Part shown: positions 1-8,441 of the stretch, in pieces
Layout of the letters: each line of letters opens with the position of its first letter
Numbering within the stretch: the stretch's first letter is position 1
Origin: Eubacteriales bacterium
Lineage (GTDB): Bacteria > Bacillota > Clostridia > Oscillospirales > SIG627
DNA: 34,823 bases
Direction: 5' to 3'
Assembly (NCBI GenBank): GCA_045535585.1
Contig: JAZSLY010000086.1
Location: forward strand, 1-34,823
Notes under the pieces: model-generated
The model's database searches: none
Seen by the model: only the letters and a program-made list of their open reading frames with translations
Told to the model about the DNA's origin: nothing
Made by a program: the position numbers and the translations under genes

Positions 1-1
1 A

Positions 2-463
2 GTTAACAAAAAAGGACTTTTCAATGTTCCAATGGGAGCATATAAAAATCCTGTTATTTGTGATGAAAAAAACCTTCGTGCAGTATCGGAGAAACTGCAA
101 AATGTAAGGATTGTATGCGGAGATTATCGAAAGTCTGCTGAATTTATAGACGAGCATACTTTTGTTTATTTTGATCCACCATACAGACCTTTGACAGAAA
201 CAGCAAGTTTTACTGCTTATACAGAAAATCTATTCAATGATGAAGAACAAATTGAACTTGCTGAATTTGTAGAGAGTATGCACAAAAAAGGCGCGAAAAT
301 TGTTGTGAGTAATTCAGATCCAAAAAACTATAATACGCAAGATGACTTTTTTGATAATATTTACTCTGCACATAAAATAAAAAGGGTTGAAGCTACCCGT
401 ATGATAAATTGCAACAGCGAATCAAGAGGAAAAATAAAAGAACTTTTAATATCGAATTTTTAA
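2..463 (+). CDS. Dam-family N6-adenine DNA methyltransferase (C-terminal part; 5' end cut by window edge)
   Basis: The frame is open from nt 2 (VNKKGLFNVPMGAYKNP...). It has the Dam-type FNVP.G.YKNP block and a catalytic DPPY (FVYFDPPYRP). Its stop lies 13 nt upstream of a DpnII-family endonuclease gene. Confidence 0.85.
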   Translation, partial: VNKKGLFNVPMGAYKNPVICDEKNLRAVSEKLQNVRIVCGDYRKSAEFIDEHTFVYFDPPYRPLTETASFTAYTENLFNDEEQIELAEFVESMHKKGAKIVVSNSDPKNYNTQDDFFDNIYSAHKIKRVEATRMINCNSESRGKIKELLISNF

Positions 464-475
464 GGAGTTACGAAT

Positions 476-1339
476 ATGGCAAATAGAGATTTTATGACTT
501 GGCTATCAGGTTTTCGTGATAGTATAGCAGATTATGGCTACTATATTGATTTTGAAAAGGTACACAGAAATGTTGAGGGAATAAAAGTAGAACTTAATAT
601 ATTAAATTCCCTTATCGGCTCAAAGAATATTGAAGCTGAATTTGAAGTCCTGCTTGGAAAATATCCCGAAATATTAAAATGTATTCCGTTGCTTTTAGCG
701 GTCAGAGCAAATGAAATTTATGCTATTGACGGCGATGGAGAATTTACATATGAATTTAGGAAGCCTAATCTTTCTGCTGAACAATATAAGGTTTTTATGC
801 GTAAAACAGGATTGTTTGATTTAATGGCTAATCACATTGTAAATAATCTTGTTGACTATGCAACAGGCGTTGAAACAGGCCTTGATTCCAACGGCAGAAA
901 AAATCGTGGCGGTCATTTGATGGAAAATTTGGTTGAGAGCTTTATTAAAAAGGCAGGATTTATAAAAGATGAAGCTTATTTTAAGGAAATGTATATCCAT
1001 CAGATTAAAGAAAAATGGGATATTGATTTATCCGCAATTTCTAATCAAGGAAAAATGGAAAAACGTTTTGATTTTGTTATTAAAACGGATAATATGATAT
1101 ATGGCATTGAAACTAATTTCTATGGTAGCGGAGGCTCTAAACTAAACGAAACAGCTCGTAGCTATAAAACGCTTGCGTTGGAAACCGACACAATAGAGGG
1201 TTTTACTTTTGTGTGGTTTACTGATGGCAAAGGATGGACAAGTGCAAGAAATAATCTTGAAGAAACTTTTGATGTAATGAACCACATTTATAACATAAAG
1301 GATTTAGAAAACGGTATAATCAATGAGGTTTTCAAATAA
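476..1339 (+). CDS. Type II restriction endonuclease, DpnII/MboI family (predicted GATC)
   Basis: The 287-aa length and several blocks match my recollection of R.DpnII: LNILNSLIGSKNI, NGRKNRGG, KRFDFVIK, GSKLNETARSYK, YNIKDLE. A methyltransferase gene flanks it on each side. Confidence 0.85.
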   Translation: MANRDFMTWLSGFRDSIADYGYYIDFEKVHRNVEGIKVELNILNSLIGSKNIEAEFEVLLGKYPEILKCIPLLLAVRANEIYAIDGDGEFTYEFRKPNLSAEQYKVFMRKTGLFDLMANHIVNNLVDYATGVETGLDSNGRKNRGGHLMENLVESFIKKAGFIKDEAYFKEMYIHQIKEKWDIDLSAISNQGKMEKRFDFVIKTDNMIYGIETNFYGSGGSKLNETARSYKTLALETDTIEGFTFVWFTDGKGWTSARNNLEETFDVMNHIYNIKDLENGIINEVFK

Positions 1340-2088
1340 TGGCGGAAAAGAAAATCAAAAAATGGGAGCCAGATGATTTTGAACTTGAAAAGACTACGCA
1401 TTGGTCTTTTCCAAAGCGTGGAGATTGGGCAACTCACGATGCAAAATGGCGTGGCAATTGGGCTCCGTATATACCGGGAAATATAATATTAAGGTATTCC
1501 AAAGAGGGCGATTTGGTTCTTGACCAATTTGCAGGTGGGGGCACCACTCTTGTTGAAGCAAAACTTTTGAATCGAGATATAATTGGCGTTGATGTCAATG
1601 ATATTGCACTTGAACGATGCAGAGAAAAAACAACTTTTGATTTAGAGAGTGTAAAAGGGAAAGTTTATATCAAAAAAGGCGATGCAAGAAATCTTGATTT
1701 TGTGCCTGACGATAGTATTGATTTGATATGCACACACCCACCTTATGCTGATATTATCAAGTATAGTGATGGTATAGAAAATGACTTATCACAATTAAAG
1801 GTAAAAGATTTTCTTGAAGAAATGAAAAAGGTTGCATCAGAAAGCTATCGGGTGCTTAAAAAGGACAAGTTTTGTGCTCTTCTCATGGGTGATACCCGTC
1901 AAAAAGGGCATATGATCCCAATGTCATTTGATGTAATGCGTATCTTTGAAGATTCAGGCTTCAAACTGAAAGAACTGATTATCAAAGAACAACACAATTG
2001 CAAGGCTACGGGATATTGGAAAACCAATAGTGTAAAATACAATTTTTTGTTGATTGCGCACGAATATTTGTTTGTGTTCGAAAAATAA
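1339..2088 (+). CDS. Second DNA methyltransferase of the R-M cassette (N4/N6 type)
   Basis: AdoMet motif LDQFAGGGTTLVEA precedes catalytic HPPY (LICTHPPYADI). The ATG overlaps the endonuclease stop (TAATG), which suggests translational coupling. Confidence 0.75.
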   Translation: MAEKKIKKWEPDDFELEKTTHWSFPKRGDWATHDAKWRGNWAPYIPGNIILRYSKEGDLVLDQFAGGGTTLVEAKLLNRDIIGVDVNDIALERCREKTTFDLESVKGKVYIKKGDARNLDFVPDDSIDLICTHPPYADIIKYSDGIENDLSQLKVKDFLEEMKKVASESYRVLKKDKFCALLMGDTRQKGHMIPMSFDVMRIFEDSGFKLKELIIKEQHNCKATGYWKTNSVKYNFLLIAHEYLFVFEK

Positions 2089-2244
2089 AGTAATAAGTAA
2101 TAGTGAATAGGGAATAAGTAAGGAAAAGAGTGACAAATCCGTGATTTGTCACTCTTCTTTTGATTTATAATATTTTTTTAAAGGAAGAAAATCGCCGTGC
2201 GATTTTCAACCATACTTCTTCACTATTCCTTATTACTTATTACT
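2089..2244. repeat. AT-rich nested palindrome between convergent gene ends
   Basis: A perfect 14-bp inverted repeat, agtaataagtaata (2089-2102) / tattacttattact (2231-2244), sits in gaata/tattc-rich arms. It encloses two hairpins at 2126-2156 and 2187-2207. Confidence 0.7.
2126..2160 (+). terminator. Rho-independent terminator of the R-M operon
   Basis: A perfect 14-bp stem (aagagtgacaaatc / gatttgtcactctt) with a 3-nt loop is followed by a T-rich tract. Confidence 0.65.
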
Positions 2245-2249
2245 TCACA

Positions 2250-3050
2250 TTATTTCTCATAAGAAATAATAACTCTCCCCTTCTTACTCTCTCCGACAAT
2301 GCTTAAAATCTTCCGTTTGCCCTTTTTTCGCCAGGAGACTGTGTCCCCCTCCCGTATTGTGACGGTGGGCTTTGTCAGGATTGCGGAATTAAGCTGGACG
2401 AGTCCCTTTTCTATTGCCTCGGCGGAGAGCGTGCGGGAGGTATTGAACACCGAGGAGATTACGGCGTCGGCTCTCATCGAGGGGACGGTGGTGGTCTCCT
2501 TCACCTTTTCCTCTATCACGGCAACGGGAGGCGTGTCGGTAAGGGTGGCGGTGACGGTGCTATGCTTTATTCGGGTAAGGTTTTCTACGATAAAGCCTGC
2601 GGTGGCTGTTTTTGTGACGATAATTATTCCGTCGTCGAAAACGATGTCGCCCACCGTTTCTCTCTTGATGCCGAGGTTCATCAAAGCGCCCAGCACGTCA
2701 CGGTGGGAGAGCTCGTCGTCCTTGTGAAAGCGGTCGCATACTGCCTTGACGAAGGCAATATCGCAAAGCTCGGGGCGAAAGGTTACGTCCTCTGCCGAAT
2801 AGTATTCGGGAAGAAACACGGCGCATTTCCTCTTTGCGCCCTCATATCCTCCCCACAATAAATATTCTCCCTCCACCGTCTCTTGAAGAAGGGCTTCGGC
2901 GCTGTCACAAAGGGCTTCGCCGAGAAAAGCCGAGGCTTCAAGTCTGCCTCGCTCCCAGCTCCTTTTTCCAAGGTCAATAAGGTGGGAGAGGAGGACCTCC
3001 TCCTCTCCGTCGTGTGCCAAGTGGGCAATCAAGCTTTTAATATCCGTCAT
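2250..3050 (-). CDS. ylmH: YlmH-like S4-domain RNA-binding protein
   Basis: The 266-aa length and the C-terminal S4-like segment (RADAVISSVFNTSRTLSAEAIEKGLVQLN) fit YlmH. The start shares an ATGA overlap with the upstream peptidase stop. Confidence 0.65.
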   Translation of the reverse strand: MTDIKSLIAHLAHDGEEEVLLSHLIDLGKRSWERGRLEASAFLGEALCDSAEALLQETVEGEYLLWGGYEGAKRKCAVFLPEYYSAEDVTFRPELCDIAFVKAVCDRFHKDDELSHRDVLGALMNLGIKRETVGDIVFDDGIIIVTKTATAGFIVENLTRIKHSTVTATLTDTPPVAVIEEKVKETTTVPSMRADAVISSVFNTSRTLSAEAIEKGLVQLNSAILTKPTVTIREGDTVSWRKKGKRKILSIVGESKKGRVIISYEK

Positions 3051-4609
3051 CTTACGAAATTATAGGCGTAGTCGAAAAGACGGGAAACATAGACGGGAGT
3101 GTTTTCCCAGGCTACTGCCGTCCTGATGAGCGTTACGGCGGTGTCAAAATCAAGCGCCCCCGTCACCTCAAGCGAGTACGCCTTCTGGAATGCCGAGATG
3201 GCACGGGTGGTGGCGTCGTCCCAAAGGGTGTCAACCCGTCCTTCTGCAAGGAAGCCGAGAGCCTCAAGGCGTATTTCAACGCCGCGGACGATATTGTTAT
3301 CGGCACCTGAAACGGCGCTGTGGTAGTTGAGTCCCGTTACGGCAGGAGTGCCCTTTGGCAGAGCGTTTTTCGTAATATGTGTTTTTGAAACCGTGTCGGG
3401 CTTGATGCCCTTTTCGTTGTAGGTGTTGCCAAGTGCATCGTAGGTAACGTAGGCGGTAATTCCGCAGGCTGCGCCGTCGGTGAACTTGAAGGCGTATTGT
3501 GCAACGCCCTTACCGTAGGTCTGTCTGCCGAACACCAGAGCGTCGGTCATTACCTGGAGACAGTTGGTAAAGATTTCGGCAGAGGATGCGGTAGCCTCGT
3601 TTACAAGCACCGATACCGAGTCGAAATGATAGCCGTTGCCGAGAGAATAAAACGCAATGGCGTTTTTGTTGTTGTGCCTTCCCATAGTGAAAAGAAGCTC
3701 TCTTTTGGGGGTGAACTTGGAGAGTATCTCGGCGCAAATATAAACGTCTCCGCCCGAGTTGTCCTGCAGGTCTACGATAATATTTTTGTAGCCAAGCTGA
3801 TAGGCGGTGTCAAGCTCCAGCGCTATCTCGCTTGGGGTGGATTTGTTCATAAAGCTTGTAAGCTTCAGGTAGATAAGGCTCTTTTCGGGATAGAGAGTTA
3901 TGGAATATTCCCTGAAGGACACGGCAGTTCTCGGAAGAACGTAGGAAAATACTTCGCCGTTTCTTTCAAGCTCGACGGAAAGGGTCTCGTCCCCGTCGGT
4001 AATATCGGCGCTCAAAGCCACGAGAGCCTGAAAGCCAAGTCCCTCCACGCTTTGTGAGTTGTAGCCCACTATTCTGTCGCCTGCAAGGATTCCCGCCTTT
4101 GACGCAGGCGAGTCGGATGCCACCTCTTCAACGTAAATTCCCTCCGCGCTATCCTCCGTCCTGTCACGCCATACCATTTTGATGCCGATGCCACGGGCTT
4201 CGGTGGGGTTGAAAAACTTGTGCGCTTCGTCGGGGGTGAGGTAGTAGCTGAACCTATCAAGGCACTTGAAGAGCGCCTTGTAGGTCTCGTCCATATTATT
4301 TATATCAATTTCATCGTTCTGCGCCTTAAATCTCTCGAAAATTTCCTGATGGGTCAGAGGCTCGTAATAGTAGTAGGAGATATAGGTGAAGAAGGTTTCA
4401 AGCTTTGAGGTGAGAAGTCTTTCCTCGCTGTCGTCCACTATCTGCATATAGGAGAGTAGGTCCTCGTAGCTTTCCACGACCTCAAGGGGAATGATACCCT
4501 GATGAAGCGTTTCAACAAGCTCCCCTAAATCGTCCTCGGCAACCGCCGTAGCGGTAAAGGCAAGGGAAAGGGAGAGCAAAACGAAAAGTAAACAAAAAAA
4601 CTTTCTCAT
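3047..4609 (-). CDS. S41 family C-terminal processing peptidase with PDZ and C-terminal peptidoglycan-binding domain
   Basis: There is a signal peptide (MRKFFCLLFVLLSLSLAFTATAVA) and a PDZ-like segment (SPASKAGILAGDRIV). The S41 core shows NEATASSAEIF and the C-terminus has a PG_binding_1-like ISAFQKAYSLEVTGALDFDT. The start is taken at the internal ATG at 4609, which has an aaagga RBS. Confidence 0.85.
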   Translation of the reverse strand: MRKFFCLLFVLLSLSLAFTATAVAEDDLGELVETLHQGIIPLEVVESYEDLLSYMQIVDDSEERLLTSKLETFFTYISYYYYEPLTHQEIFERFKAQNDEIDINNMDETYKALFKCLDRFSYYLTPDEAHKFFNPTEARGIGIKMVWRDRTEDSAEGIYVEEVASDSPASKAGILAGDRIVGYNSQSVEGLGFQALVALSADITDGDETLSVELERNGEVFSYVLPRTAVSFREYSITLYPEKSLIYLKLTSFMNKSTPSEIALELDTAYQLGYKNIIVDLQDNSGGDVYICAEILSKFTPKRELLFTMGRHNNKNAIAFYSLGNGYHFDSVSVLVNEATASSAEIFTNCLQVMTDALVFGRQTYGKGVAQYAFKFTDGAACGITAYVTYDALGNTYNEKGIKPDTVSKTHITKNALPKGTPAVTGLNYHSAVSGADNNIVRGVEIRLEALGFLAEGRVDTLWDDATTRAISAFQKAYSLEVTGALDFDTAVTLIRTAVAWENTPVYVSRLFDYAYNFVR

Positions 4610-4620
4610 AAAAATCCTTT

Positions 4621-5019
4621 CTATTCTTCTACCGTCCACTTTAAAGAGATATTCCTCACGTCACTCTGACGCTTGTCGTTGGTGTTTGAGTAATATTTCA
4701 GCTTTAAAAAGCCACGCTTTTTCCCCGTCCTCTGACAGACGAAGTCGGTGGTGTGGATGTTTACTGCACGGTCCTCGGCAAAGAGGCTGGATGCAGAGTT
4801 TTTCTTAAAATACATTGTGTGGTTAAGGGTTGGAGAGGAGTAGTATAGCTCCTCCTCGTTAAAAACGAAGCGGAAGCGATGCTCCCTGTCGGGCGCCTCG
4901 GGCAGAAGGCTTTCTGCCACAAACTCTATTACGGTGTCTCCGCTCTCGTTAAGTCCCATTTTCCCCTGCACCTCAAAGTCGATGTTGTTTAGCCCCACGA
5001 AAACGGGCTTCTTCGCCAT
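4621..5019 (-). CDS. Hypothetical protein (132 aa if started at MAKKPVFVG)
   Basis: This is an ORF on the same strand between ddl and the peptidase. The ATG at 5019 has a gaggg RBS about 8 nt upstream. I recognise no motif, and the longer 199-aa version overlaps ddl and lacks an RBS. Confidence 0.4.
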   Translation of the reverse strand: MAKKPVFVGLNNIDFEVQGKMGLNESGDTVIEFVAESLLPEAPDREHRFRFVFNEEELYYSSPTLNHTMYFKKNSASSLFAEDRAVNIHTTDFVCQRTGKKRGFLKLKYYSNTNDKRQSDVRNISLKWTVEE

Positions 5020-5173
5020 GGTCTTTACCCTCTTGAAATTATGTATAAAGTCGGCGGGAGTGCGTGGGTTTTTGGTAAGAGGCGTCAGCTCTGCCGTAGG
5101 GAGAGTGACGGGATAAAGGAGGGGTCGGGGGGTGGAAAGCGACGAGCTTGTGGAATATTTTACCCAGATATCC

Positions 5174-6241
5174 TTATAAAGCATACTCGATAAGCTTGTC
5201 GATGAGAGTTGGGTAGTCAATGCCGTAATGGGTCATAAGCTTTGGGTACATACTGATCTTGGTAAAGCCCGGGAGAGTGTTGATTTCGTTGAACACGATA
5301 CCCTTTTCCCCTACGAAGAAGTCTACCCTTGCAAGTCCCCGACAGTCAAGGGCTCTGAAAATCCTGACGGCGTATTCCCTTATCTTCTCGGTGTCCTCTT
5401 CGCTCATTCTTGCGGGAATATGGTAGCTTGTGGTGTCGTTTACGTATTTGGTGTCGTAGTCGTAAAAGTCACTGCCGGGTATAAGCTCACCCGGGTAGGA
5501 GGCAATAGTGCGTCTGCCGTTCCCTTCCCTCGTATCAAGGACTGCCACTTCAACCTCACTGCCCCTGATATATTCCTCCACCAGCACCTTGTCGTCGTAT
5601 TTCAAGGCGCCCATAAGAGCAAGCTCGAACTCCTCTCTCGTCTTTGCCTTTACCACGCCAACCGACGAGCCCGTGCCTGCAGGCTTTACGAAAAGGGGAT
5701 AACCGAAGTCCTTTTCGCATTTTTTAATGCACTCGTTCATATTGTCCCCAAGCCTGAAAAGATGCCAGGGCGCCATATGAATATCAAGGCATTCAAGGAG
5801 AGTCTTGGTGCAAGCCTTGTCCATACAAACGGCAGAGCCACGGTTGTCCGAGCCAACGAAGGGCACGCCCGACAGCTTCAAAAGACCCTGAAGGTTTCCG
5901 TCCTCGCAGTTTTCTCCGTGTACGATGGGAAGAAAACAGTCGATATTCTGTATCTTGAAGGTGCCAAGAGTCTTATTTAACACCATAAGTCCGTGGTGGG
6001 CAGGGCAAGGGCTGATAACGGCAGGAATGAGGTTTGCCGTGTCCTCGCAGAAGGTGGCGTCGGCAATTTTAGCGTTGTCACCGACGTAGAGGAACTGCCG
6101 TCCGTCCTTCAGAATTCCCATTTTGAAAAGCTCGTATTTTTCGGGATTTATATTTGCTATTACCGAGGAAGCGGACATACAGGAGACCTCGTGCTCGCTG
6201 GACATTCCGCCGAAGATGATGCAAAGCTTCAATTTTGACAT
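5174..6241 (-). CDS. ddl: D-alanine--D-alanine ligase
   Basis: The Ddl N-terminus is typical (IIFGGMSSEHEVSCMSA), with an ATP-grasp core and C-terminal FNEINTLPGFT. An aaaggag RBS precedes the start. Confidence 0.95.
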   Translation of the reverse strand: MSKLKLCIIFGGMSSEHEVSCMSASSVIANINPEKYELFKMGILKDGRQFLYVGDNAKIADATFCEDTANLIPAVISPCPAHHGLMVLNKTLGTFKIQNIDCFLPIVHGENCEDGNLQGLLKLSGVPFVGSDNRGSAVCMDKACTKTLLECLDIHMAPWHLFRLGDNMNECIKKCEKDFGYPLFVKPAGTGSSVGVVKAKTREEFELALMGALKYDDKVLVEEYIRGSEVEVAVLDTREGNGRRTIASYPGELIPGSDFYDYDTKYVNDTTSYHIPARMSEEDTEKIREYAVRIFRALDCRGLARVDFFVGEKGIVFNEINTLPGFTKISMYPKLMTHYGIDYPTLIDKLIEYAL

Positions 6242-6263
6242 ATATTTTGCTCCTTTGATGAAA

Positions 6264-7613
6264 TTAGTCGTCTTTAAGACTGTCTAAAAGGGTCAGCATA
6301 CCCTCAACCAGAATATTGTCGGCGCCTGCTCCGATTTCGCAGGAGCTTGCCTCGTATCCGCCCTCCATGATTGCAGAGGTGGTGGGGTAATAGGACTCGC
6401 CTGCGTTGGTAAGGCAGGCAACGAACATATGACGGTAGGGCGCACCCTCGTAAATTCTTCTTCCTATCTCAACGAAGGGCTCACCGGGGAGTCCTGCAAA
6501 TACGAAGTCGCCTATTTTTATTGCAAAAACCTTTTCAAAGAAATACGCAGGGCCGTCTTTAAGGTTTACTATTCTCTTTGCTCCTGCCACTACGGTAGTC
6601 AGCGCCATTCCCTTATAGGGAAGCTCCACGTGTCTGCCCGCTTCGTAGAGGGCAACTATTTTTTCGGCTTCCTCTAACTTGTCGTTTTCCTGGTGTGAGG
6701 GGAGAGCTACCTCTACTGCGCCGAAGGAGATTTCGTCCGAGGGCACTTCCTTTGCCATAGCGTATACCGACAGAGCCGCACCTGCAAGGCATCTTCCCAT
6801 ATGTCTTGCGTGCGCCGTCGGGTCAAATTCCTTGTCGCCGTAGTTGTCGTTGGAAAGTCTCCAGCCACCGTAAGAGCCGTCTACGTTAAAGTGGTTCACG
6901 TCGCCCTGAGGTCCCATAAGGAACATACATTTCACGTCGGGCATAGCACCCTCCAGAGCCTCGCAAAGATATGCGGGGTAGTCTGCGCTGACACGCTCAC
7001 CGCCGACAGTATCGGTATGAGTGCCGAAGCAAACGAGAACGAGGTTTTCCTTCTCTTCTCTTACTATCTTCAGCATTCTCATCATTTCGTCGGGCGTTCC
7101 GATGGGGTGGTCGATATCGGGATTAAGTATACCGGGGTTTGTGGCAACCGAGCCGTCCTTCATTCTGAAGCGTCTTATGAAGGAAATGCCGGGCACCTCC
7201 TTTTCCGCATAGAAAAGTCTTGCGGGAGATAGGTCCTCAAAGGCTTCCTTTGCGGTTTCGCAAAGGGTGTTTTTGAAAAATTCCTCGTATTCCTTGGGGC
7301 ACTCCAAGTCGGAGGCAAAGTCCTTTTCAAGAAGGGGACCCGTGTGGGTATGGTTGGCGTTGATAAACACCGCGTTCTCGTCAAGAGAGCACTCCTTCGC
7401 AATTCTTACGCGCAGAAGATTGCACAAGCCCTTGGAAATAAGGCAAACGTCAACGGCAAGAACTACCGCTCTCGCATCGCCGTCATCAAAGGCGGTGGCA
7501 CGAACGTAAAGGTCGTCCAAAACTCCCTTTACTCTTCTTTCAGCATAATAGCCCACAATGGGAGTATCAAGGGGCGGTGTTATACATTTTTTAGCAAATC
7601 CACATTTTAACAT
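6264..7613 (-). CDS. Neutral/alkaline ceramidase-like N-terminal domain protein (function unknown)
   Basis: The N-terminus GFAKKCITPPLDTPIVGYY...DDLYVRATAFDDGD...VLAVDVC resembles the bacterial ceramidase-like family. The start is taken at the ATG at 7613, behind an aaaggagaa RBS. The longer ORF start at 7646 lies inside a 19-bp repeat. Confidence 0.5.
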   Translation of the reverse strand: MLKCGFAKKCITPPLDTPIVGYYAERRVKGVLDDLYVRATAFDDGDARAVVLAVDVCLISKGLCNLLRVRIAKECSLDENAVFINANHTHTGPLLEKDFASDLECPKEYEEFFKNTLCETAKEAFEDLSPARLFYAEKEVPGISFIRRFRMKDGSVATNPGILNPDIDHPIGTPDEMMRMLKIVREEKENLVLVCFGTHTDTVGGERVSADYPAYLCEALEGAMPDVKCMFLMGPQGDVNHFNVDGSYGGWRLSNDNYGDKEFDPTAHARHMGRCLAGAALSVYAMAKEVPSDEISFGAVEVALPSHQENDKLEEAEKIVALYEAGRHVELPYKGMALTTVVAGAKRIVNLKDGPAYFFEKVFAIKIGDFVFAGLPGEPFVEIGRRIYEGAPYRHMFVACLTNAGESYYPTTSAIMEGGYEASSCEIGAGADNILVEGMLTLLDSLKDD

Positions 7614-7632
7614 TTTTGTTTCTCCTTTTATG

Positions 7633-7651
7633 ATAGCTGACCGCAAGGTCA
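7633..7651 (+). repeat. 19-bp direct repeat, left copy (atagctgaccgcaaggtca)
   Basis: It is identical to 8196-8214. The two copies bracket the truncated Bro-N gene. Confidence 0.9.
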
Positions 7652-7676
7652 GGTAGTTTGTAATAGTATTATATAA

Positions 7677-8114
7677 TTATGTCAAGTCGGGGACAAAAAA
7701 CGTTTTATTATTCATTATCTTTTGATAGGTTTCTATCGCTCTGTCGATTGCAAGCTCGGGGTCGATTGTTTCGTCAATTCGCTCTTTTCCAACCTCAGCA
7801 AGCCACATTTTAAAAGGTTCTGCTTTCGGTGACGGGATTGATTGGATGATTCTCAAAAGTTGTTTGGTATCAGCAACGTCTGTTAACCGCTTTTTTCCGT
7901 CTGCGGCGGTCATTTTCAACTGGTGACAATTTGTCACCGTTTCATTCCCTTCTTCCTTCAATCTTTGCTTTAGCTTGTTCCAGTACTTTCTACCATCTGT
8001 ACTATCAGCAAGAACAGATACGACGTCAACAACCGAAAAATACCATTCCTCTGTTTCTTCATTCCACGCAGTTCTTATTTTCTTGTCTTCAAACAATTGT
8101 ATTTTATTATCCAA
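7677..8114 (-). pseudogene. Bro-N domain protein, apparently C-terminally truncated
   Basis: DNKIQLFEDKKIRTAWNEETEEWYFSVVDVVSVL...IQSIPSPKAEPFKMWLAEVGKERIDE is a typical Bro-N family N-terminal half. Family members I recall are about 270-290 aa and continue after ...ETY.KKGYS. Here similarity ends at AIETYQK, followed by an unrelated 13-aa tail. The likely start is TTG at 8114, 9 nt after GGAGG. Confidence 0.6.
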
Positions 8115-8195
8115 TATGTATCGCCTCCACAAAAGAGCTTAGTGTGTTTCGTCAAATGACGATAATCTCTATATAAAGTCGGTTGCCCCTGCGTT

Positions 8196-8214
8196 ATAGC
8201 TGACCGCAAGGTCA
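8196..8214 (+). repeat. 19-bp direct repeat, right copy (atagctgaccgcaaggtca)
   Basis: Identical to 7633-7651. Confidence 0.9.
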
Positions 8215-8441
8215 ATTTAGTTTTGACGTAATTTAGCGTGCAAAGCACGTTTCGCTCGTAATAGCGAATTTAGCTGATTTCGTCTATGATGAATTCATTA
8301 TATCACAACACCCAATAAAACACAACCGTTTTTTTGTTAAATTAAGTTTACAAAATTCTTCCTTTAAAGTATTTACTTTTTATTTATTTGTGGTATAATT
8401 TATAGTAGCGTTACTATGTAGTTAAACGAAAGGAATACGAA

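Noticed and set aside
2089-2244. Invertible promoter (inverton) bounded by the 14-bp inverted repeat.
   Set aside because: The segment lies between two convergent 3' ends, so a switchable promoter would have no downstream gene. It is filled by terminator-like hairpins, and no invertase is nearby.
4621-5220. The 199-aa version of the hypothetical ORF, overlapping the 3' end of ddl, considered as a genuine overlapping gene.
   Set aside because: The overlapping N-terminal 67 aa are low-complexity (Ser/Thr/Pro/Leu) and neither upstream ATG has an RBS. The internal start at 5019 with an RBS is more plausible, though the gene itself remains low confidence.
8133-8441. The strand-switch region (minus-strand genes to the left, plus-strand genes to the right) considered as a possible replication origin. 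The aatttag x3 repeats and small hairpins at 8214-8280 were considered as an RNA gene.
   Set aside because: I saw no cluster of DnaA-box-like TTATCCACA sequences, and no dnaA or dnaN is nearby. The aatttag repeats are short and irregularly spaced (16 and 37 bp). No tRNA-like cloverleaf could be drawn. The region is more simply leftover insert DNA plus the promoter of the downstream gene.
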